DNA of 64,000 bases, taken from positions 136,480-200,479 of the forward strand of contig JAXMAA010000001.1 of assembly GCA_046350615.1 (NCBI GenBank), read 5' to 3'. The notes under the pieces were generated by a model, which searched no databases, was not told the origin of the DNA, and worked only from the letters and a program-made list of their open reading frames with translations. The position numbers and the translations under genes were made by a program. The DNA comes from Candidatus Saccharimonadales bacterium. Its GTDB lineage: Bacteria > Patescibacteriota > Saccharimonadia > Saccharimonadales > UBA7683. Below, one piece after another: positions 32,597-42,444 of this stretch (its first letter is position 1; each line of letters opens with the position of its first letter).

Positions 32597-34055
32597 AAAG
32601 GAGGTAATCCATCCCCACCTTCCGTAGATACCTTGTTACGACTTAACCCCAGTTATCCCCCCACCTTAGGCTCAATAAATTAGACTCGGGTGTTGGTGAC
32701 TTCATGCATTTGACGGGCGGTGTGTACAAGACCTTGAACGTATTCACCGTAGTGTGCCGACTCACGATTACTAGTGATTCCATTGGGCGCAGGCGAGTTT
32801 CAGCTCGCAATCCGAATCCGCCGGGGGACTTGGCTTACGGACGAGTTCCCCTCGCGGGTTGGTTGCCCTTGCACTTACGCATTGTAGCGTTTTTCTAGCC
32901 CAGGACGTAAGGGTAATAATGACCTGACATCATCCCCTCCTTCCCTCCCCGTTACCGAGGCAGTCTGTTTAGAAAAATCCGGCACCGAAATATAAGGGTT
33001 GCGCTCGTTGAAGGACTTAAACCTAACATCTCACGATACGAGCTGACGCTTGGCTATGCAACACTCAGTCACTTGTCCATTAAAGCAATTTTCTTGCTTT
33101 CGCAGAAATTCCAAGGATGTCAAGCCCTGGTAAGGTTCTTCGCTTATCATCGAATTAAAGAACACGCTCCACTACTTGTGCGGGTCCCCGCTTGGTTCCT
33201 TTGAGTTTTAATCTTGCGACTGGTAATTCTGCGCGGATGCTTAACGCGTTAGCTTCTGCTACTAGAAGGGTCGATACTCCTAACAGCTAGCATCCATCGT
33301 TTACGGCGCATCAATGGCATCTAATCCCGTTCGCCTCACGCTTTCGTGCCTCAGTGTCAGAAATGAGCCAGTCACCTGCCTACGCCATTGGTGTTCCTCC
33401 TTATATCTACGGATTTCACTCCTACACAAGAAATTCCAGTGACCTCTCTCATTCTCGAGCTGTGCCAGTTTGAATAATGTGTTGATGGTTGAGCCACCAG
33501 ATTTCACTATTCACTTTAGTTTAGCCACCACGCAACTCTTTACGCCCAGTAAATCGGATAACGCTTGATCCTCCAGGCGACCGCGCTGCTGCACGGAGTT
33601 GGGCTGATCCTTATCTGGCGTGCTTACCGTCATATTTCGCACATAAAAGCAGTTTATAATCCGAAAACCTTCATCCTGCACGCGGTGTTGCTCCATCAGG
33701 TTTGCGCCCATTGTGGAAAATTCCTAACTGCCTCCTGTAGGAGTCTGACCGTGTCTCTAGTTCCAGTGTGGCTGATCATCCTCTCAAATCAGCTGAAGAT
33801 CGTCGCCTTGGTAAGCCTTTACTCTCACCAAACTAGCTAATCTTACGCGGGGCTCTTCTCAAACTGAAGCTTTAATCCGAAGACTATATGCGGTATTAGA
33901 CACCGTTTCCAGGTTATCCCTCAGTTTGGGGTAGATTCCACGTGTTACCTTACCTGTCCGCTGTCGTGTACTCTTCGAAGGGGCCTACCGCTCGACTTGT
34001 ATGTTTTAGGTACGCCGCCAGCGTTCATCCGGAGCTTTGTGATCAAACTCTCCAT
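32597..34055 (-). rRNA. rrs: 16S rRNA (recognisable, but universal sites are altered)
   Basis: Reverse complement starts AGAGTTTGATC and ends ...AAGTCGTAACAAGGTATCTACGGAAGGTGGGGATGGATTACCTCCTTTC. TGTACACACCGCCCGTCA is intact, while the 515, 785, 907 and 1050-1100 regions carry indels and substitutions. Confidence 0.85.
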
Positions 34056-34247
34056 AAAAAAGTGTTTAATTCTAACTTCGTCGAAATACTGAACATCTCA
34101 AATTATTAAACATCAAAACTTAACGTTGATGCTGTATCATCAGTTTTTAAAGTGAGCCTCTCTCTGTAAGAATTAAGAATGATTGCCCCCAGATAAGACC
34201 AATGGTATTACTCGTAATCTCGCATAAAAGATCAGGATAGTACTGCA

Positions 34248-34610
34248 TCAATTGTATGAAAACAGATCGATCCTGTCAACAGTAAAGGTGGGCCTTTTGC
34301 TGTAATTTATGTAACAATAAACACAAGCACAGGTACAACTACACCTATCAGCAGGCCCGTACACCTCGAATGGTGTGTGTCCATTAGATTGATGAATTAT
34401 CATCTTAGGTAGGTGATCTTTTTTTAAAAAATTCCAGGCACAATAGCTGTGGTATTCTGAGCGTGCTCGCCACATCCGTATGCGTGTTACCGATGGCACT
34501 GGCACATAATAATCGCAGCTGAATACAGGTAACCAAATTCGACTTTTTGAGCCCAACCTATAGGCCAAACCGTACAGAGCGAAACAATCACCGGCATGCG
34601 CGCTCGGCAT
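34248..34610 (-). pseudogene. Remnant of a radical-SAM protein (N-terminal fragment only)
   Basis: ...HTPFEVYGPADRCSCTCACVYCYINYSKR contains a CxxxCxxC cluster. The ORF stops 17 codons later, about 190 nt before the 16S 5' end. Confidence 0.4.
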
Positions 34611-34729
34611 GCCTCCTGAACGATAGATATACCGCTAATCCCAATCTTTCTTGGTTATTCCCATAAGAACTATCTTGGCGATCTGTGCCATTATATCCAC
34701 GTAAAGATAGGATTACAAAGTATGCGTAA

Positions 34730-37212
34730 CTACTGAACCACTGTCTCATTATCGCTACCTTCCCGCAACTCTTCTTCACCAGACTGATCCTTGGAAACCG
34801 CAAAGCGGTTGATGCCACGGTATCATTATCGGCTAGGCGCATGATTCTTACACCTTGAGTAGTTCGGGCCAAGTGATGGTATATCTTTAAGCTCGGTTTA
34901 ATTGCCCGCCGTTTGTTGAAATAATAACTTAGGAGTCTCTGTCAGTTAATGATTTCACTGGAGACGAGATTGCCTGTTTTGGTCATAACAGCAGATCGAA
35001 TATCAATTTTACCTCGTTTATGCGGACTGAATCGATATTTTGGTCCAGCCGCCATAACCTCTTTCACTGATTACAAAGATACTGATTCTTCCGAACAACG
35101 TCCATCCCCACTACCAGACGCCAGCGCAGCCTCATACTGCGCAATAATACCCCGAGCAGTGCGACCTGCGCACGCAATATCGTTCTCGTGGAAGCGGATT
35201 GCTCAATGCTGGCGATGTTGAAATAACAACTTTACGACCGTTGCGGTGAGCCTTGATCCATTTCAGCTCATCACTATCGTCAATTCCTTATTGCAATCAA
35301 ACCACTTGGTTCGGATGTTATTGTAATCCTCTAACTTGGTTCTCTTTAACTGTGCCTGCTTTGGTAGCCAGTAAAGAAGCAGCCAGTCTTCTGCTTTGAT
35401 CGTAAGCGACAACTGCAGAACAGCCTCCTCTGATGAAGGTAAGAGGTTCATCAGCAATACCTGCACAGCCCCGCGCAGGAACCCCGGAACTTAAGCCTGA
35501 ACATTCTGATCCTTACAGCAGTGTACACAGATAATCATGCACTGCTGCGAAGCAATATGTTCAATTACATCAGCCCTTTCGTGGCCATTCCGCGCTTGCC
35601 TTTCCTGCCCTCGTTCCGGCGACGATATTCAGAAGCTTAGACCAGCTGGATATAATTCTCTGATGTGACTGCTATAACAACCTGCTCTTCCGGAATCAGT
35701 TCTTCATCACTAAACTTTACTGAGCTCATGGTTATCAATCTTGGAACGATTTTCATCACCATATTTTTTAATTTCAAGCACCAGTTTTAATAATCTTCTA
35801 GACCTCGTTCTCGCCATGATTGCCTCGCTTTTAGCAATCAGAGTCATCAGCTCTTTAGCTCATCTTCGATCGCCTGCGCCTGACCAGAAGACGACGCAGC
35901 AGCTGCATCGCGAGCATGGCCTTGGCTTGAATTTGAGAGCTTAAACTGTTTAATTGGAGTTCTTCTCGGCCTCTTCTTGGTTCGTTTCACGAATGGTCTT
36001 AATTCATTTCATCGATATTATCCAGTGCAATCTTGTAACCTTCAAGATGTGCACGTTCTTTGGCTTGGTCTTGCAGCTCAATTCGGTACGCCTTCGAACA
36101 ACCTTCTGGCGGTGTTTGATAAATTCTGCAGCATTTCTTGCAGCCCAAGAATTTTTGCTGAATGCCATCAACCAGTGAAAGCATATTGAAGCAAAGCTGT
36201 TTGCAGCGCTGTTTGCTTATACAGCTGGTTCAGGAGCTTCTTGGGGTAGGCATCTTTTTTGAGTTCGAATACGTTCTGAACGTACTGCTATGCTGTTTCA
36301 TCGCGTAGATCCGCAATATTACCTTGAATCTTCTTATCTTTTACCAGTTAACTCTGCGATCTTTTCGATAAGTGTTGCTTTATTTATACCATATGGCATC
36401 AGTCACAATAATCTGGTGGCGACTCTTCTTGGTTTCTGGCTTACGGGTAAACTTCGCACGTACTATCATGCCAACACGACTTGTCATAGGCTCGCTTCAT
36501 CGGTACCTACCAATGGTTGCGCCTGTTGGAAAATCAGGACCTTTACATGTTTTAGGAGGTCATCAATGGTTGCCTCTTTGTTGTCAATCAACTCAACGAT
36601 ATCAACTGAAGCCTGCTAAGGTTGTGCGGGGGAATGCTATTGCCAGCACGACCGCAATACTGACTGATCGTTCAGGAGTAAGTTTTACAGCTTAGCTTAA
36701 GCAGGTTCCATTGCCCTTGCAAGCGGCCATCGTAGTTATCTCGAAAATCAATAGTGTCTTTATCGATATCAGCTAACATCTCATCAGCTGCGAGCCAGAT
36801 GAGCCTCGGTGTAACGCATCGCTGCGGCTTCGTCACCATCCATTGAACCAAAGTTACTCTTGATCAATAAGAGGATATCGTAGAGACCACGGCTGCGCTA
36901 AGCGAATCCACGAATTGCAAATAGCTGTATCGCCGTGCGGATGAAAGTCACCCATCACCGCACCAACAATCGTTGCACTCTTACGATGCCTAAGTACTCC
37001 GCACGCAGGCCATCACGGTTCATGGTATAAAATACGACGAGATGACCGGGCTTGAGACTGTCGCGCATACATCCGGCAGCGCACGCTCAATAATCACGCT
37101 CATTGAGTAACGGCAGTTGTTCATCACCTGTTCAATTGTTCGGTACCAGACCGTCATCATCTTTGTATAAACGGTCGCGCATCTGTTTGGGGGTAGTATT
37201 TGTGCTGTTCAT
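34730..37212 (-). pseudogene. gyrA: DNA gyrase subunit A, heavily frame-disrupted
   Basis: Minus-strand translation is readable only in fragments: MNSTNTTPKQMRDRLYKDDDG..., ...KPGH..., FGSMDGDEAAAMRYTEAHLA (active-site Tyr region), ...TQGVRIMRLADNDTVAS..., and an acidic tail ...SGEEELREGSDNETVVQ*. No ORF longer than about 95 aa survives. Confidence 0.85.
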
Positions 37213-37218
37213 ACTTAA

Positions 37219-39184
37219 ATAGATTCAGGCCTCATATCTGCATTTTCGCCCTTGTCTGAATAAAGCTTTTTCTCAGCGACACATCGTCACCCATCAGCTT
37301 TGTAAAGACGGCACGGCCTCTTCTGCGTCAAAGTGTCAGGTACGCAAAGAACCAGCACTCGGTTCTCGGGATTCATCGTGGTCTCCTAGAGCTGTTCATA
37401 CCATAATCCATTTCGCCAAGACCTTTAAAACGAGAGATTGTAACGCCAGCTTGTTTCATCTTATCTTCAGTGGCATTCAGGAAGCCGTACCACGCCTTTT
37501 TCGGCAATAATCTCGTCCATCACACGCTCACGCTCATCTTCGTCATAGGCATAGATCTTCTTTTGATTCTTGCCAATGCCGTAAAGCGGTGGTTTTGCTA
37601 AATACACGCAGCCACCTCGTCAATTTCTTCTGCAGAGTATTCGAAGAAGAATGTGAGGAGCAACGTTAAATATGACTGCCGTCGTCATCGGCATCAGTCA
37701 TGGCGATAATCTGTGATATCGGAGGCCAGTTGAATATCAAATTGCTCACCGATACCAACTCCAAATGCTTGAATCAGGCATACAATTTCTTTGTTTGCAA
37801 ACATTTTATCAAGCCAGCTCGCTCAGTATTGAGCACTTGCCACAAAGCGCAATTGCTGTGTTTTGTTATCTCGCCTTCTTTTAGCAGACTTCTGCGTCGA
37901 GTTACCTCTCACAATATAGATTTCGCTATCGTCAGGGCTCTTACCGGAAACAATCCCAGAGCTTACCCGGGTTAGGCCCATGCCATCAAGCACTTCTTAC
38001 GGAGCATCACATTTACGAGCGGCACGAGCAGCCTTACGAGCACGAGCAGCCAAGAGCGCTTTGTTAACAATCTTCTTTGCTATATCAGGTTTCTAATGAT
38101 AGTATGCAAAATACTCGTTCATCACCTCCGCTCAACATAGCGAATAACTTCGGTTGCCGTGTTTATTTTTGGTCTGGCCTTCAAATTGTGACCAGAAGTT
38201 TCACCAAGATAATTGCCGTTAAGTCTTCTCGGATATCATCACTACCGAGATTATCTTCTTTTTTCCTTGCTGTAACCATTTTTACGGGCGTAATCATTTA
38301 TCACCCGAGCTACGCAGCACGAAAAGCCAACTGGCGTGCTGCCATCAGGAGTTAGCACATTGTTAGCAAAATGGCTTGACCATTTCAACAAATGAGTCAT
38401 TGTAATTTGAACTGCCATTTCAACTATAGAATCTCAATTCCGACGTTCAATATAAATGGTTTACTGCTCAAAATATCTTTGCTAATATTCGAGAGGAGCG
38501 CATATAGCCTGAATGCCAATTTCAAAGTAGAATGACATGCGATCGCCAGTGCGCTCATCAAGTACCGATGTGCGAACCCCTTTTGTAAGATACGCTTGAT
38601 GTCAGATAGTTAACAACCCATTTATAATCGAATTCGACTGTTTCTTTAAAATTGTTGAATTTCCAGATAGAACGATGCTAGTGCCATGGATTTGTCGGTT
38701 GGGCCAATATTTTGGCGGCAGACTTGGCAACACCCTGCTCAAATTCTATTCTGTAAAGCTTGCCATCCTTAGAAACCTCAGCAATGAGTTTGGTTGAAAG
38801 CGCGTTCACTACGCTTGAGCCCACACCGTGCAAGCCAGAAGATACTTTATAGCCACCACCGCCAAACTTACCACCCGCATGAAGAACGGTTAAGACTGTT
38901 TCGAGTGTACTTTTGCCAGTTTTTGCATGCTTGTCTACTGGGATACCACGACCATCATCAGTAATAGTAATGCCACCATCTGCTAGAATTTTTACATCTA
39001 CAAATGTCGCATATCCAGCAATTGCTTCGTCAATACAGTTGTCGGCAATTTCTTTAATTAAGTGATGTACGCCATCATATCCTGTACTACCAATATACAT
39101 ACCTGGACGTTTTCGAACTGGTTCAAGTCCTTCAAGCACTTGAATTTGACTGGCGTCATAGGCCTGATCTTTTTGTTTGCTCAC
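37219..39184 (-). pseudogene. gyrB: DNA gyrase subunit B: first 168 codons intact, remainder frame-disrupted
   Basis: ORF 38678-39184 reads [33 protein letters not shown]...[21 protein letters not shown]. Downstream fragments: GTSIVF, EIYIV.G.S...SAK (Toprim), IIAMTDADDDGSHI, KGLGEM-like. Confidence 0.9.
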
Positions 39185-39400
39185 GCTTTCTCCCTCTCTC
39201 CACTCTTTAATACCTTCATTATATCAATTTTGCCAGGCTGATGCCAATAGGCTGGCCCGAACACAAAAAGTATCTGATCCTTATTTCAATCTGTTAGAAA
39301 GTTTTGTTTAAAAAATGTATTCAAAATGCTTGCGCTTTCTTTGTGACTATGGTTCAATCAGAGGTGAAATTAAATAAAACAAAACAACAAAAGGCCACCT

Positions 39401-41740
39401 ATGTTTCGTAAGCTTGTCTCTAACCTTCCGTTTAGTCCATCGCTGATCAATCAGGTCGGATTTTATTCAAAACGCCTCAAAAAAGAGGATCTGACTCGTC
39501 GTGTTGGCCTGATTTTTACTGCTCTCGCAATAGTTGTGCAATCCTGCACATTTTTGGCACCTGCCAAAGCGACGTTAGCGGCAAGCCTCAATGACATAGT
39601 CTACGGAGGTGGAGACCGAAGCTCCTTGGTTAAAGCCCTCAGCAGCGGATGCGATAGCAGAAAGCGCTGTGATCTAAAGGCAATATATGGAGCTTACGGT
39701 ATCAACGCCACCAATCTAGCAAGCGCTAAAGATGTTACCATAACCTCGACTGCTGCGAATAACTATTGGTCAATCGGAAGATCGCCTAGAGGCTATGGTG
39801 GAGAGGTTACGAAAAACATTCCGGGCGGTCCAACAGTGTACGCTCGCACGCTCCATGGATGGGCAGCAAATAAAAACTGGGCGGCCATTCAAGTCTCAAC
39901 AAGCCAAGGCACCCGTTGGATCTTAAAGGAGTGTGGAAATATTGTTACAAAAGAAAGCACTCCCACACAACCAGTGCAGCCACCAGATGTAGCAATTACC
40001 AAAACGGTTAGTAAATCGAAAGTAAAGCGTGGAGAGAAATTTTATTACGATCTCAAAATAACCAATATAGGCAAAGGGATTGCCAAAGATGTATTGATCT
40101 ACGATACAACTGTTCCTGGTCTTGAGCTTCAGCCTGATGGCCTCAGCACTGATCCACTCGTGACAGTTATGCGCTGGCAGACCAAAACACGGCACACAAT
40201 TGCCCCAGGACAAACCATGAAGTACCGTTTGTATGCAATTGTACGCAGCAACGGCCCCGCAACACTTGTTAACAAAGCTTGCGTGGATATTATTGACGCC
40301 AATGTGTATAACAACTGTGATCAAGTTCCCGTAACTGTCATCGAGCCTTGTCCTTTACCAGGTAAAGAAAATCTCGCGAAAGATGATCCTCAGTGCAAAT
40401 CTAACCCAAGTATTACAGTTGAGAAATTAACCGATAAAAGTAGTCTCAAGCTTGGCGACACCTTCACCTATACACTCAAAACAACGAATAAAGGAGATGT
40501 CGATCTGACACAAACAGCCTTTAACGATAAAGCTCCTGCTCAAATTGAATTTCTTGAAGTAAAGGAACCCGGTGAAAGTAGCTTCAAGGCTCTGGCCAAC
40601 AAGCGTGAGTATACGAGCAAGATATTCTCTCTTGGGAAGGGCAAGACGGTTACTGCACAAATCAAGGCACGTGCAATCGCCTCAAGCAGTAGTCAGGTAT
40701 TTAATACCGTGTGTGTTATCGCCACCAATCCCCAGACCAACTCCACTACAGGAACATGTGACGACGTACCTGTTACAATTACAACTCCGCAAAAACCGCA
40801 AACAGAATATTGCCCATACCCCGGCAAGCAAAGCCTGCCAAAAGACAGCCCCCTCTGTAAGCCCGATGTACCTCAACAGCCTGAATCATGTACCGTTCCC
40901 GGAAAGGAAAACTTGCCGAAGAATGATCCCAACTGCAAGGAAGATTCCAAGCCAGAAATGTGCACCGTGCCAGGCAAAGAAAATCTTCCAAAGAGCGATC
41001 CGAAGTGTAAACCCGACTGTACGCTCAACCCAAGTATCAGCTATGATGATCCACGCTGCACACCCTGCCCTATTGAAGGCAAAACAAACATTCCCAAAAA
41101 TAGTCCTGACTGCAAACCATGCGATGAGACCAAAAAAGATACTAACGGGAAAGACATTAGCTGTCTTGAGCTCCGTAAAAAAGCACGAAATATAACCAAG
41201 CAGATTGCTGATGCCAACGGCACTAAAGCAAGCGCAGGTGACACTATTGAGTACACACTCTCTGTAAGAAATCTCAGCAAAGAAGACAGGACTGGTTTCG
41301 TAATCGAGGAGAATATGGAAGATGTTCTTGAGTACGCCGATATCCTCGATGCAAGTGGCGCAACATTTACCGAAAACCCGGTAAAGATGCTCTCTTGGGC
41401 TGGCGTAACTATAAAGCCTGGAGAAACCGTTAGCCGCACTATCCTCATTAAGGTCAAGAGCATGATCCCCAACACTCCAGCATCAACTTCAGATCCACTC
41501 TCTTACGATATGCAGATGGTTAACGTATACGGTGACACCGTGCGAATAGAGCTGCCAAAGACCCCTATTAAAACCATCGAGCAAACTGTGACGAAGCTTC
41601 CAAGCACTGGATTTGGTGCAAATGTTGTAATAAGTACAATTCTCCTTATGGCCGCTACCTACTTCTACTTCCGAAACCGTACTATGGTAAAAGAGCTTAC
41701 CCTCATCAGACAACAATTTAACTACGCTGCAGGAGCATAA
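39401..41740 (+). CDS. LPXTG-anchored surface protein with DUF11-type repeats and Cys-loop repeats
   Basis: 779 aa. N-terminal signal/TM; DUF11-like segments (VAITKTVSKSKVKRGEKFYYDLKITNIGKG..., ITVEKLTDKSSLKLGDTFTYTLKTTNKGD...); six CxxPGKxNLPKxDPxCK units; C-terminal LPSTG plus TM plus RNR. Confidence 0.8.
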   Translation: MFRKLVSNLPFSPSLINQVGFYSKRLKKEDLTRRVGLIFTALAIVVQSCTFLAPAKATLAASLNDIVYGGGDRSSLVKALSSGCDSRKRCDLKAIYGAYGINATNLASAKDVTITSTAANNYWSIGRSPRGYGGEVTKNIPGGPTVYARTLHGWAANKNWAAIQVSTSQGTRWILKECGNIVTKESTPTQPVQPPDVAITKTVSKSKVKRGEKFYYDLKITNIGKGIAKDVLIYDTTVPGLELQPDGLSTDPLVTVMRWQTKTRHTIAPGQTMKYRLYAIVRSNGPATLVNKACVDIIDANVYNNCDQVPVTVIEPCPLPGKENLAKDDPQCKSNPSITVEKLTDKSSLKLGDTFTYTLKTTNKGDVDLTQTAFNDKAPAQIEFLEVKEPGESSFKALANKREYTSKIFSLGKGKTVTAQIKARAIASSSSQVFNTVCVIATNPQTNSTTGTCDDVPVTITTPQKPQTEYCPYPGKQSLPKDSPLCKPDVPQQPESCTVPGKENLPKNDPNCKEDSKPEMCTVPGKENLPKSDPKCKPDCTLNPSISYDDPRCTPCPIEGKTNIPKNSPDCKPCDETKKDTNGKDISCLELRKKARNITKQIADANGTKASAGDTIEYTLSVRNLSKEDRTGFVIEENMEDVLEYADILDASGATFTENPVKMLSWAGVTIKPGETVSRTILIKVKSMIPNTPASTSDPLSYDMQMVNVYGDTVRIELPKTPIKTIEQTVTKLPSTGFGANVVISTILLMAATYFYFRNRTMVKELTLIRQQFNYAAGA

Positions 41741-41744
41741 GGAT

Positions 41745-42314
41745 ATGAGCGAACAATATCGTACACACGAGAAACATGGTGAATCACAGATAACTACGGC
41801 TGAGGAATCAAAACAACACCACGAACGCCTTCATGAAAACCGCGAGAAAGCGGCTGAGCACGCTCGGCGCAGTGGACATGAGACCGAAACGATACGACAC
41901 GAAGTACAGGAAACTGCTATCTCAGGCGCAGAATATCACAAGCCACAATCTGAAAAGCGGCACATAACAACTCCTCGTACGAAAGCCGACAAAGTGCATG
42001 CCTTTGACACAATCATGCACCATGTACATCAAAACATGTCTAAATCAGAGCGGCGCTTTAGTGGCTTCATTCATAAACCAGCTGTTGAAAAAACTAGTGA
42101 AGCGTTGGGCAAGACCATCGCTCGCCCATCAGGAATAGCAGGAGCAACAATTGCTGCATTCTTAGGTCTACTTTCTATTTACAGTATTGCAAAATTCGCA
42201 GGCTTTGAGCTCTCTGGATCTGAGATGCCCTTACTACTCTTAGCTGGTTTTGGTGTTGGACTCCTTGTGGAGTGGTTTTACAAGGTAATCCGATCGTTAG
42301 CTGGACAGGCCTAA
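41745..42314 (+). CDS. Membrane protein with a His/Glu/Lys-rich N-terminal region and two C-terminal TM helices
   Basis: 189 aa. IAGATIAAFLGLLSIYSIA and MPLLLLAGFGVGLLVEWF hydrophobic segments. Confidence 0.55.
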   Translation: MSEQYRTHEKHGESQITTAEESKQHHERLHENREKAAEHARRSGHETETIRHEVQETAISGAEYHKPQSEKRHITTPRTKADKVHAFDTIMHHVHQNMSKSERRFSGFIHKPAVEKTSEALGKTIARPSGIAGATIAAFLGLLSIYSIAKFAGFELSGSEMPLLLLAGFGVGLLVEWFYKVIRSLAGQA

Positions 42315-42444
42315 ACTGGCTCACACACCAAAACGCTCGGTCGCTATCTTCACAAAAAATGAGGTTGAACAGAGCTCGATCCCCCATTCACAGGGATGTC
42401 ACGCAAGTGTAGATTCCGAGGTACGCATATAGACGGCGCTATCC

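Noticed and set aside
40572-41195. 207-aa plus-strand ORF in an alternative frame of the surface-protein gene, plus minus-strand ORFs at 39923-41716.
   Set aside because: They overlap a well-supported 779-aa ORF that has a signal peptide, repeats and an LPSTG anchor. Their translations are low-complexity (R/K/P-rich) without motifs.
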